64,000 bases of DNA. Source: an uncultured Thermoplasmata archaeon (lineage in GTDB: Archaea > Thermoplasmatota > Thermoplasmata > Lutacidiplasmatales > UBA184). A program made the position numbers and the translations under genes. The DNA is taken from NCBI GenBank assembly GCA_963735185.1, contig CAVTJV010000007.1, positions 1,343,009 through 1,407,008 of the forward strand. Direction: 5' to 3'. The notes under the pieces are model-generated. The model saw nothing but the letters and a program-made list of their open reading frames with translations, had not been told where the DNA came from and searched no databases. This document shows positions 18,119 to 27,685 of this stretch, in pieces. How positions within the stretch are numbered: the first letter of the stretch is position 1; each line of letters opens with the position of its first letter.

Positions 18119-18251
18119 TCGGACGCGACGGGTGAGGAAAGGACACATTCGCAACTCACCACAGTGAGGGCCGTGGCCCCTTCGGGACCCTCGCCACCTG
18201 ACCGCGCAGAACTACTATAGACTCGATTCCGGTTCCGGCCTAACCGGGAAC

Positions 18252-19148
18252 ATGACCGCGGGCCCCGGACCAGTTCTAGTCACCGGCGCGAGCTCCGGAA
18301 TTGGGCGCCGTACTGTTGAGCTGCTCTCCGAACAAGGGCATCCGGTCTTCGCAGCCGTGCGTAAGAGGTCAGACCTTGCTTCTCTTGCCGCGCTGCCCCA
18401 AGTGACTCCGATTCTCCTTGACGTGACCCGCGAGGAAAGCATACGGAGGTCAATTCGGGCCATTCAAAACGAAGGGCAGGGACTCTACGGTTTGGTGAAC
18501 AACGCTGGCATCGTGGATTTGGCCCCGTTGCTCGACACCACCGTGGAAGAACTCGGCAAAGTCCTGGACGTCAACGTCTACGGGACACACCGGATGGTCC
18601 GAGCCTGCTTCCCGCTTCTGATGGAGGCGCAGGGACGTATCGTGAACATCGGCTCCGTCAACGGGGTTCTTCCCGAGGTGTTCTCGGGCGCATACTGCAT
18701 CAGCAAGTACGCCGTCGAGGCGTACACCGACGTGCTCCGCAGGGAGTTCCGCCCATTGGGGATTGGAGTCAGTGTGGTGGAACCCGGGGAGTTCCGAAGC
18801 AACATCGTCTCAACCTTCCTGGGGCGCAAGGGGGACAAGCTCGTCACCCCGTATGACAACTCGCCATTCCGGGACGAATTGAGGAAGTACTTCGCCCAAC
18901 TACAGACCACGCCGGGGGAAGCGGATCGCTCTAGGTACCCTGACCCTCTTCCCGTGGCGGAAGCGGTCCTCGACGCACTCTTCTCGAAAGACCCGAAGCG
19001 GCGGTACCTGGTGGGCTCGGCGGAGGACACGGACGCCGTGATAACCCAAGTGATGCGCCTCCTGGCCCAGCTAAACCAAGGTCACGAGCACTCGTTGACG
19101 GTGGATGAGCTGGCTAAGCGGCTACGCGCGACCGTGTCGAAACTGTAG
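18252..19148 (+). CDS. SDR family oxidoreductase
   Basis: TGASSGIGR cofactor motif, NNAG, and catalytic YCISKYA. Confidence 0.85.
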   Translation: MTAGPGPVLVTGASSGIGRRTVELLSEQGHPVFAAVRKRSDLASLAALPQVTPILLDVTREESIRRSIRAIQNEGQGLYGLVNNAGIVDLAPLLDTTVEELGKVLDVNVYGTHRMVRACFPLLMEAQGRIVNIGSVNGVLPEVFSGAYCISKYAVEAYTDVLRREFRPLGIGVSVVEPGEFRSNIVSTFLGRKGDKLVTPYDNSPFRDELRKYFAQLQTTPGEADRSRYPDPLPVAEAVLDALFSKDPKRRYLVGSAEDTDAVITQVMRLLAQLNQGHEHSLTVDELAKRLRATVSKL

Positions 19149-19340
19149 CCTCCCGTCGCGGCGTCTTATCGATGCAGGCAGGCCGACTGTGGGTGTAACA
19201 CGCGCTTGCACATAGAGTCCGCCAGCGTGGGAAGTCGACCTCGGTAGACCCACCGTTTGCGGTGATCTCCGCGATTTTCCAGTCTTCATGGACGTCGGCC
19301 TAAAGGCGAAACCTGGCGGAGAGCTGCCCGGTTCCCCTGG

Positions 19341-19367
19341 GGGGCCGGCGATACGAAGGCCGGCCCC
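19341..19367 (-). terminator. Perfect 9-bp GC hairpin immediately 3' of the protease gene (terminator-like)
   Basis: GGGGCCGGC (19341-19349), a 9-nt loop, then GCCGGCCCC (19359-19367), 10 nt downstream of the stop at 19377. Any role in archaeal termination is unproven. Confidence 0.3.
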
Positions 19368-19376
19368 GGCCCGCGC

Positions 19377-21986
19377 TCAGTGGTGGTACAGGACGACCAC
19401 TAGCTTAGAGTGGACCACCTCGATCGTTCCGCTCGCCGGGGTGATGGTGCCGTGCCCGTGGACGAGCGTGACCGTGTAGGTGTAGGTGCCGGGCGTCTCG
19501 TAGAAGACGAGGTACGGCACGTAGCTCGTTTGGGTCACGCCATTGAGCGTGACCGACCAGACCGCTGCGAATCCTTGTCCGCGGAGTTCGAACACTACGG
19601 TGTGAGCCACTATGGGAAGCGGGAAGTAGTCCCCACCGGACTGGATGTATCCGTACTCGTCGTACGGGAGCGAGGTGGTTCCCGCGACGTAGTCCGCCCA
19701 ATAGTTCCCGCCCTGCCACCGCGAGGGGACGATCGTCCCGCTGAGCCAGTAGCCGTTGAACTCCGTGCCGAAGTGGCGCGGCTCGACCATCGGGAGGTTC
19801 CAGCTCTCGAGGTTCAGCTGCGGGAACCCGAAGAAGATGTTCTCATCGGGCGCGTACGCGGTGATCGACGTCGCCACGTAGTTGTTGTAGATCAGGTCGC
19901 CGGCCTCGAACGCGAAGATCGCGATCGGAGGGCCGTCGAAAGCGCCGTTGCCCGGGTACATGCCAGGGGAGAGCGTGGTGCTGTTGACGAACGTGTTCCC
20001 CCAGACGACGTTCCCGGTCGGTCCTCCGAGCGCCGTGCCGAGGAGCAACGAGCTTCCCTGGCCGTCGAACGTATTGTCGCCGATGAGGTTGTGCGAACCC
20101 CCGAAGACGATCACGTTCGCGAGGATTAGCCCCCCGGTCGGTCCGTAGTCCTCGAAGAAGAACCACCCGGTGATCCCGTGGGCTCCCCAGATCGAGACGT
20201 GGGACGCGTCGAACAGCTCGAAGGCGAGGTTGTTCGTGAACGGTAGGCTGAACGCCGCGAGGAAGTTGTCGTACGCCGTCGGATACGTCACGTTGAGCAG
20301 CGACGGGTGGTTGAGGTCCGCGTACGCGGTCGTGCCCGCGAACAGGACGCCCGGGAAGACGGGGTACAGGTAGTCGTTCGACTGGGCGAAGACGGGGTTG
20401 AGCCCGCCCGGCGCCGGGTTGTTGACGATCTGGTACGGCCACCACTTCGTGCCCCAACCGCCCGTGGAGATCGCGGCGAGCTGGGCGTTGTTCCACGCGT
20501 AGAGCGGCGTGTAGACGCCCTCCGCGGAGTTGTGATGGAGATTGAGGTGCAGGTGGACAGTGCTCCCCAGCCCTCCGGTCACGGTCGTCTGGATTGGGGT
20601 GTAGTCACTCAGCATCGCCGTAACGGTGTACGTCCCCGGCGGGAGCTTGTACGACACGTGGCTCGCGGTCTGGGTCGGGGCCCAGCCGGCAGAGTTCGCG
20701 TCAAAGCTTGATCCCTGGTTGAAGAAGACGAACGCGTTCGACGGCGAGATCGGACCCGCGAAGGTCGCGACGCCCGCGTTGCCGCCGGGCGTGGAGCCCC
20801 AGAGCGGCATCGTGAACGACGGACCCGCGCTCAGGTCGACCGTCCCCAGAGAGGTGTAGGTCTCCGCGATTCCCTCCGAGGTCTCGCCGGTCTCCGAGCC
20901 GACGTTCCAGGTGGTCGGGGGTATCGCGTACGAGTCACCGCTCAAGTACAGGAGGCTCTCCGACCCGCTGATCCCGTAGACCGAGGTGGTCGTCCCACCG
21001 CCCGGACCGCCGATCATAATCTCGGCGTCCCACGGGATGTAGCCCGTCGGGGTGAACTGAGACCCATCGATGAGATACGGGGCGACCGGGGTCGAGCCGG
21101 CGGCCATCGTCGAGTTGAACAGGACGGTGTCGTAGACGCCGGAGGCTTCGGACGCACCGGTCCCCGCGTTCACGATGTTGTATCCGAACTCCACGGTGGG
21201 GTATCCGTAGCCGTTGAGGTCGGTGACACTGGAGTTCAGGTACAAGTGGACGGTGATCGGCAGCGAGATCGAGAACGAAGGACCGAAGTCGTAGTAGTAG
21301 GCCGGATACACCGCGTTACCGTTGTACGAATAGAGCGTCCCCGGGGCGAGGTAGAACGCCGGGGAAGAGAAGTTCCAGATGTTGTCGAGGAACGTGACGT
21401 CCCCCGGGGAGGGGAAGTTGAAGTACAGGACGTTCTGCGTCCAGAACGAGTACGCCGACGAATTCTGGAGGGTCACCCCGTTCATCACGGCGTTCAGCTG
21501 GACGCCAAAGGTATTTTCCGACCCATTGGTGGTGAGCGCCCCGTCGTTTGTGACCAAGAGGGTGTTGACGCTATTGAGGGTGATCGACCCCTCCCAGCTC
21601 GACGTAGTGTACGAGTAGGGGACTGGGGTGCCCGTCGTGTTTATGACGCCATAGGCCCCGAGCCCCATCGGGGCCGGCGACGTGGAACCCGGCGTAATGA
21701 CGCCGTTCGACACGTGGGGCTGAGCGAGGAAGGCCGGCAACGAGGCGGCCTCGATTGGCAGATCGTGGTTCTTCGTAATCGTCAGGATCTGCTGGGCGAG
21801 CGACTCGCGCGCCGAGAGCGAAGGCGCGTGCGAGAGGGGGGTCGTCGCCGCCGTCGAGGCTGTGGTGGCGTGGGTCGTCTCGGACAGGGACCCGCCTATC
21901 GGGTGCGCCCCGGCCGAACCGACACTGAATGCCGAGAGCGCTATCGCGGCTACCGCTAGCACCAGCGCAACTTTCCGTGCCATCAT
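19377..21986 (-). CDS. Secreted thermopsin-like (peptidase A5) protein with large C-terminal extension
   Basis: Signal/anchor MMARKVALVLAVAAIALSAFSVGSAGA. PAPMGLGAYGV, FGVQLNAVM, FWTQNVLYF and DNIWNFSS resemble thermopsin family signatures as I recall them. Many N-x-S/T sites. Confidence 0.55.
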   Translation of the reverse strand: MMARKVALVLAVAAIALSAFSVGSAGAHPIGGSLSETTHATTASTAATTPLSHAPSLSARESLAQQILTITKNHDLPIEAASLPAFLAQPHVSNGVITPGSTSPAPMGLGAYGVINTTGTPVPYSYTTSSWEGSITLNSVNTLLVTNDGALTTNGSENTFGVQLNAVMNGVTLQNSSAYSFWTQNVLYFNFPSPGDVTFLDNIWNFSSPAFYLAPGTLYSYNGNAVYPAYYYDFGPSFSISLPITVHLYLNSSVTDLNGYGYPTVEFGYNIVNAGTGASEASGVYDTVLFNSTMAAGSTPVAPYLIDGSQFTPTGYIPWDAEIMIGGPGGGTTTSVYGISGSESLLYLSGDSYAIPPTTWNVGSETGETSEGIAETYTSLGTVDLSAGPSFTMPLWGSTPGGNAGVATFAGPISPSNAFVFFNQGSSFDANSAGWAPTQTASHVSYKLPPGTYTVTAMLSDYTPIQTTVTGGLGSTVHLHLNLHHNSAEGVYTPLYAWNNAQLAAISTGGWGTKWWPYQIVNNPAPGGLNPVFAQSNDYLYPVFPGVLFAGTTAYADLNHPSLLNVTYPTAYDNFLAAFSLPFTNNLAFELFDASHVSIWGAHGITGWFFFEDYGPTGGLILANVIVFGGSHNLIGDNTFDGQGSSLLLGTALGGPTGNVVWGNTFVNSTTLSPGMYPGNGAFDGPPIAIFAFEAGDLIYNNYVATSITAYAPDENIFFGFPQLNLESWNLPMVEPRHFGTEFNGYWLSGTIVPSRWQGGNYWADYVAGTTSLPYDEYGYIQSGGDYFPLPIVAHTVVFELRGQGFAAVWSVTLNGVTQTSYVPYLVFYETPGTYTYTVTLVHGHGTITPASGTIEVVHSKLVVVLYHH

Positions 21987-22379
21987 GGCCTGTGTCGTAT
22001 AACCACCCGCTAAAAGACCGTTTCGAAAGTGGCCATCCGGAGGTCGACTACGTATGGATGCGCCTATGTCCCGCTGCTTCCGAAAGTGCCCACAGCGCGG
22101 GGCCGGAGCGAGCCGCCCGGAGAAGCGGGAGACGCGTAGGAACGAGCCCGATTTGGACTAGCGAACGGCCTCGGGCCCTGAAGAATCTTGGTCGAGCGGG
22201 CGATACACCCACTTGGTGAGCGGTGTTGTGTATTGATCGAACTCTGCCCACGCGATGGAGTGGCCAACTTACCACCGTTGGTTGGTCCGATCGATTAGGG
22301 TTGAGCGAAATCCCGGCAACTTCCCACTTGCAAACGATTTTCCAACAAGAGAACATCAGGGTGATGCGAATACTTCACC

Positions 22380-22820
22380 ATGGCCACTCCTTTCGCGACG
22401 AAGGAACATCAACGGCGAGAACAGATGTGGGAGCAACTGGACTCGAGGGCGAACCCGGACGATGCTCCGCCGCGCCTCTTGGCCGAGCTCAGAGTCTACC
22501 GGGGTCAGGCGGGCACGTGGGCGGACCTATCGAACACTTCCGACGATACCGCCCCACACGGTGTCACTGTATCCTTCCTGCTGGCCGGCAGTCTCAGCGG
22601 CGATGAGCTGCGTCGAGACGGCGTGACGTATCACGTCCCGGCGACTCAGCGGCCCGGTCATGCCGAGTCAGAGATCGCATCGACCCAACTAGCGATGGAG
22701 CTCGGTCTTCCGGTGTTCGTTATCACTCAGGGGATAACTCCAAAGGGCCGACAAGTCCGCCGTGGCAAGATCACGGGGTACGACGAGAGCGCTCGGTCCT
22801 TTGAGATACGGTTCCAATAG
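22380..22820 (+). CDS. Hypothetical protein (146 aa), possible nucleic-acid reader-like domain
   Basis: Motifs LRVYRGQAGTWAD, GVTYHVPATQRPGHAESEI and LGLPVFVI...RRGKITGYDE. See the finding at this locus. Family not established. Confidence 0.5.
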   Translation: MATPFATKEHQRREQMWEQLDSRANPDDAPPRLLAELRVYRGQAGTWADLSNTSDDTAPHGVTVSFLLAGSLSGDELRRDGVTYHVPATQRPGHAESEIASTQLAMELGLPVFVITQGITPKGRQVRRGKITGYDESARSFEIRFQ

Positions 22821-22877
22821 GTGCAATGAGACGCTCACCCACCAGAAGATTTGCTAAATCCGGCGAGCCAAGGGTCC

Positions 22878-23489
22878 TCACCCAGCCGTTGTCCTGGACG
22901 GTCGCCGGGCCATTCGAGCCACCTCCCGGTACCGATAGCATCCAACCACATGGTCATTGACCATCCCAACCGCTTGCATGTGCGCGTAGATGATCGTTGA
23001 CCCGACAAAGTTGAACCCTCGCTGCTTCAGGTCCTGGCTGAACTCATCCGATTCCTTGGAGGTTGGCGGAATTTTTCGGAGGGCGTCCCATCGATTCTGG
23101 CGCGGTCTTCCCCCGACAAACTTCCACGCATACGTGTCGAAACTCCCGAACTCGTCCTGGACTGCGAGGAACGCCCGGGCGTTGCGGACCGCAGACTCGA
23201 TCTTGAGGCGATTTCGAACGATGCCGGGATCATGCATCAGTTGGGTGACGCGCCTTGCATCATAATGGGCGACCTTTCTTGGATCGAATTGGCGGAACGC
23301 CCGCGCGTAGCCTTCCCGCCGGTGAAGAATCGTGGACCAACTCAGGCCCGCCTGCGCGCCCTCCAGGAGTAGGAACTCGAAATGCTTCTGGTCATCGTGG
23401 GCCGGGACCCCCCACTCGCGATCGTGATAAGCGCGCATCACGGGGTCAGCATCGATCGAGGCCCATCCGCATCGCTTCCTGTCGTTCAT
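22878..23489 (-). CDS. tag: DNA-3-methyladenine glycosylase I
   Basis: YHDREWGVP, LLEGAQAGLSWSTIL, IVRNRLKIES...NARAFL and EFGSFDTYAWKFV. I trimmed the start to the ATG at 23489 (MNDRKRCGW). Confidence 0.9.
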   Translation of the reverse strand: MNDRKRCGWASIDADPVMRAYHDREWGVPAHDDQKHFEFLLLEGAQAGLSWSTILHRREGYARAFRQFDPRKVAHYDARRVTQLMHDPGIVRNRLKIESAVRNARAFLAVQDEFGSFDTYAWKFVGGRPRQNRWDALRKIPPTSKESDEFSQDLKQRGFNFVGSTIIYAHMQAVGMVNDHVVGCYRYREVARMARRPSRTTAG

Positions 23490-23823
23490 CGACCAACCGG
23501 CCCCCGCCTGCGTCCGGACCGAGTACGGCGCAGCCATTCGGGGCTCGGTTTTGAGTCCTTCGTGGAGAAGATGCGCGCTGAGTGCGATGGTACCCTCAGA
23601 CCCACGTCAACGTGCGTGCAATGCGTTGCACCTATAGGGACAGGTGCATCGGTGAGCGCAATCGCGCTTTCAAGGATAGGTGAAGTAGGGGATTCGAAGA
23701 GATGTACGGTGCCCCCGCCGGGCACCACCTCTGAAAAGGGGTGGGTTTCCGGACGGGACGCGACGTCGCCCTACGAACGACCCCGTGAGCTCCTCGCGGG
23801 CGATGACCGCCCGCGCGCGCCGT

Positions 23824-25719
23824 TCACTTCGAGACGATCTCGGCGATCTCCTTTTTCATGATCTCGATGTAGGACAGCCATCGCTCCGGATAGGTAGTGT
23901 GCTTCGCGATCCACGGGTGCATCACGCAGCTGCGCAGCACGTAGACCGTTCCGACCCGATCCCACTCTCGGTGGGCGATGCCCAATCGGTCGAGGAAGCT
24001 TCGGGGCGCGTCTCCGTAAATCTCCTTCGTCAGCTCGGTGTGAGAAGTGATCCACTCGTCTCCGTAGAGGGGACCCGATTCGTACGAGGAGGCATGGTAA
24101 ATCGCTTCGTTCAGCCCATTCATCTTCTCCAGGTCTCGGTTGCCTTTCCGGTTGAACGCCATGCAGACGATGTTGAAGTCGGGACGCAGGAGGAGAGGCT
24201 GACAGACCATCGTCTTCCCCCCCACGCTGAACTCACGGACCGTTTCGAGCGTCTTCTCGAAGTGGTAGGCTCCTTCGATGCTTCGGGCGATGATCTGGCC
24301 GTATCCCTCCATCGTGAGGGGCAGCAGGCGGTGAGCGGCCCAAACGGCCGCCACGGCGGAACCGGATTTTGACCCCTCCAGAATCACGCTTCCGAGGTTC
24401 ACGTCGAGCGGGGTCTTGGCGTCGAAGACGTACGCGGCTGTATAGGAGACGAGTCCAAGGATGCGCCGGTCCCGGATGGCGATCCCCCCGGCCGAGTACG
24501 GGACGTATCCCATCTTGTGGGGGTCGATGGTCACCGAGTCCGCGAACGGGATCGCCTTGTAGGCGGACCACACCTCCCGGCTCGGGATTCCCGGCCCCCA
24601 GTTCGTGAGGCCTTCCGACGTGAGCCGGCGTTGGAGCTCGGCGTAGGCGAGGAACCGTCCGTTCGCATCGAGGAAAAGGCTCCTCCCGTAACCGCCGTAG
24701 GCGGCATCCACATGGAAGTAGAACGCGAGACCCCGACGCTGGAACTCTTGGCGCAACCGGACGATCCCACCGATATCGTCGATGGCTCCTTCCTCGGTGG
24801 TACCGACCACCCCGACAACGGCGAGGACCGGTGTCTCCTGTTCCACGCAGTCGTCGAGGGCCGCTCGGAGGCGGTCGAGGTCCATGCGGAAATCATCGTC
24901 CACCGGAATGCTCACGAGCTGGTCCACTCCGATCCCGAGAATGTCGACCGCCTTCTCCCAGGAGTAGTGCCGGCTCGAAGGGACGAACACCTTTCCCGGC
25001 GTTCCGCGGCCGGTGCCTGTGCCCCGCACGGAAGCTTTGAGCGACCGCGCGAACGAACGGTTCTTCTTGGTGGCGTCCAGGAGGTCGAATACCTCCGAAG
25101 TCGGCAGATTGAGCAGTTCCCACTCCGCCCTGCCGCGTACCAGACCGGGGCTTGCCTCCTTCACGGCGAGCGGGAATGACTTCAGGTTTCGCGCCAGCCA
25201 CAGTCCTTCGTAATTGGCGACGGTCCCGTCCGTGGTAACATGCCCCCACGCCGTTGCCGGATCATATCCCATCAGCTTCGCAAAGTCCGCACCCACCTCG
25301 ATCTCCATGTGCGATGTCGCGATGGAGGATTCGTACGCCACGTTGTTCGGGTTGTAGAGGATCGAGGCCATGTAGGCCAGGTTCGACACCATGAGGGTAT
25401 CCGAGTTCATGTGCCCGAGATACCGCCGGGAGAACCACGGGGTAGAGGTATCCTTGAGACGAGCCGATAGTTCCAGCAGGACGGACCGCATGCGATCCGT
25501 CGTCGCCAGGAACGGATCGGCCCGCATCTCGGCAGGGGTGACGACCGCGGCGTCCCTCGGGTGGAAATCCCGTCGCCAGTGAAGGTGTTCCTCTACGAGG
25601 AAGCCCAGCAGAGAGGTGAAGATGTCCCGGTTCTCCGATTTGGGCCCGAGAAAGAGCGCCTCGACCGTCGGCCGAGGAATCACGGCCGTCGTTTCCTTGC
25701 CACGTCGAGCTTTCGGCAT
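23824..25719 (-). CDS. PLP-dependent group II decarboxylase, tyrosine-decarboxylase-like (631 aa)
   Basis: FLGPKSEN, EEHLHWRRDF, RYLGHMNSDTLM, NNVAYESSIATSHMEIEVG, WGHVTTDGTVANYEGLWLARN and the PLP lysine in DPHKMGYVPY, closely paralleling bacterial TyrDC. The start shares a TGATG overlap with the upstream permease stop. Confidence 0.85.
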   Translation of the reverse strand: MPKARRGKETTAVIPRPTVEALFLGPKSENRDIFTSLLGFLVEEHLHWRRDFHPRDAAVVTPAEMRADPFLATTDRMRSVLLELSARLKDTSTPWFSRRYLGHMNSDTLMVSNLAYMASILYNPNNVAYESSIATSHMEIEVGADFAKLMGYDPATAWGHVTTDGTVANYEGLWLARNLKSFPLAVKEASPGLVRGRAEWELLNLPTSEVFDLLDATKKNRSFARSLKASVRGTGTGRGTPGKVFVPSSRHYSWEKAVDILGIGVDQLVSIPVDDDFRMDLDRLRAALDDCVEQETPVLAVVGVVGTTEEGAIDDIGGIVRLRQEFQRRGLAFYFHVDAAYGGYGRSLFLDANGRFLAYAELQRRLTSEGLTNWGPGIPSREVWSAYKAIPFADSVTIDPHKMGYVPYSAGGIAIRDRRILGLVSYTAAYVFDAKTPLDVNLGSVILEGSKSGSAVAAVWAAHRLLPLTMEGYGQIIARSIEGAYHFEKTLETVREFSVGGKTMVCQPLLLRPDFNIVCMAFNRKGNRDLEKMNGLNEAIYHASSYESGPLYGDEWITSHTELTKEIYGDAPRSFLDRLGIAHREWDRVGTVYVLRSCVMHPWIAKHTTYPERWLSYIEIMKKEIAEIVSK

Positions 25720-27278
25720 CAGTTCGTCTCCGCCGGGGGGTCATCCTGCGACTTTGTCCGAGAGGTGACGGCAGCCGGTGCGCCGCCGGCGGGGGCCTTC
25801 GGTATCCAGTGGGGCTTTCGGAGCCAGTAAATGACGAACGGCACCGCGACGACTACGGCCGTCCCGACGACCAGGAAGATCTCGTACGTCAGGGGAGTAC
25901 CCTCGGGGATCTGGCTCGGAGGCACCATGGCGATCACGAACACGAAGCCCATGGCCGCGAACCCCCAGCCGGCCATGAGCCACATTCCGAGCTTGCCGCC
26001 CGGAACGCGGAACTTCCGCGGAGTGTCGGGTTCCTTGTACCGGAGCTTGATCGCGGCCGCGTACATGATGAAGTACATCACCAGGTAGACGGTCGTGGCC
26101 AGTGCGAAGAGTTCCCAGAAGGCCGAGTTGACGTCGCCCGGAAGGGCGACGAACACCAAGCCCCAGGCCGTCACGATGACCCCCTGCAGAATCATCAGCG
26201 AGACGGGAATGCCGTTGCGGTTGACCTTTTGCAGAACGGGGGGAAGATCACCCGCTCGAGCCGCGACGGCCAGGCCGCGGATCGGACCGTAGACCCAGGC
26301 CATCACCTCAGCGATTGCCCCGATGATCACGAGGACGCCGAGGATCGTGACGAACCAGGAGAGGCTCGGCCCGAAGATCGTCACGTAGGTCTGCTGAATT
26401 CCGGCGATCAGGCTGAGGCTCTGGACCGGGACTATCCAGGCGACCACGAGTCCACCGAGAATGATGGTGACCACTCCGAACAGGGCGATCACGAGGATGG
26501 TCAGCGGATAATTGCGACCCGGGTTCTTCAGGTCGTTCACGTGGGCCGCCGACACCTCGATCCCGAGCCAGAAGAAGACAAACGTCACAAGGAGGACGAG
26601 CTGATTGATGTTGGTGAGGCTCGGGACCAGGTCCCCGGCCGTCGGAACCACGGGTATGAGGGTATGGTGCCCGCTTCCGACCCACCACAGGCCGCCCCCG
26701 ATCAAGATTACCATCGGCACGAGCACCCCCACGATCGTGAGGACCGTCGTGTAGCGGGCGTAGGCCTTGATTCCGCGAAGGTTGACGAGAGTCGCGGCCC
26801 ACCAGACCACCACGATGACGAGGAAGACCCACCACTTGTTGTTCGCGAGCGCGGGAGCGAAGAGGTAACCGAAGGTTCCACCGATGAAGGCGAGGATCCC
26901 GATGAACCCGATCGTCAGCTGGAACCACTGGAGCCAGACCGCGGTGAACCCCCAGTGCTCCCCGAACGCGTGCTTCGCCCAGGGGTAGATCCCCCCCTCT
27001 TCGGGCCATCCGGTTGCGAGCTCCGCTGCCACGAAGGCGGCGGGGATGAGGTACATGACAACGGCGAGGATGTTGAAGGTGATCCCACCCCATCCGACGA
27101 GGGCCATCGTGGGGAAATTCCGGATGCTGATCACCGTCGCGATGGTGATCATGGTGAACACAAACAAGGTAAGCGAGTACGTCGACTTCCTGCTCCCGGA
27201 TTCCGACGGGGAGCCTCCGTTCTTCGTCACCGGTTCTCTCGGAGGCGTCTGCGCGGGCGGCGTGGCGACCGTAGCCAT
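25719..27278 (-). CDS. APC superfamily amino acid permease, putative amino acid:amine antiporter
   Basis: About 12 TM segments and a GadC/TyrP-like N-terminal region (AELATGWPEEGGIYPWAKHAFG). Translationally coupled to the decarboxylase. Confidence 0.8.
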   Translation of the reverse strand: MATVATPPAQTPPREPVTKNGGSPSESGSRKSTYSLTLFVFTMITIATVISIRNFPTMALVGWGGITFNILAVVMYLIPAAFVAAELATGWPEEGGIYPWAKHAFGEHWGFTAVWLQWFQLTIGFIGILAFIGGTFGYLFAPALANNKWWVFLVIVVVWWAATLVNLRGIKAYARYTTVLTIVGVLVPMVILIGGGLWWVGSGHHTLIPVVPTAGDLVPSLTNINQLVLLVTFVFFWLGIEVSAAHVNDLKNPGRNYPLTILVIALFGVVTIILGGLVVAWIVPVQSLSLIAGIQQTYVTIFGPSLSWFVTILGVLVIIGAIAEVMAWVYGPIRGLAVAARAGDLPPVLQKVNRNGIPVSLMILQGVIVTAWGLVFVALPGDVNSAFWELFALATTVYLVMYFIMYAAAIKLRYKEPDTPRKFRVPGGKLGMWLMAGWGFAAMGFVFVIAMVPPSQIPEGTPLTYEIFLVVGTAVVVAVPFVIYWLRKPHWIPKAPAGGAPAAVTSRTKSQDDPPAETN

Positions 27279-27685
27279 GGAAAACGGCGAGGTTCGCGCT
27301 GGATAAATTCATTCTGCTCGGAAAGGAGAACCCGGGGCGAGGGGTGGTCTCGACGAAGCGGGGGTAGAGGAGCCCACCCGCTCTCCACGGTTGAGCATCG
27401 AACACGCGTCTTCCGTCGACGTCGTGATTGCATTGATCGCGCGACCGTTCCTTTGGTCACTTCTGTCATGAAACCTTTCGATGGAGGTGGACGTACCTCC
27501 GATCTCGCTTGTGCGCGGAGATTGGCTGGAATACCCGAACGAAGCCTGTCACGGCCGAAAGCTGATGAACCGGAAGAGCGTCAGGCGGCGCCGAAGGCGG
27601 CAATGGGTCCTCGCAATGCGTGCGCCGAGTCGTCCTGCTGTTCCACAAGTAGCCCGAAATACATGATGCCGGGCGCGTAGCTACG

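Noticed and set aside
17633-18154. 173-aa and 128-aa ORFs in the GT4-SDR intergenic region
   Set aside because: Their composition is junk-like (R/G/P-rich, no hydrophobic core pattern). They overlap the family-2 repeat module. The region is better explained as a 640-bp non-coding spacer.
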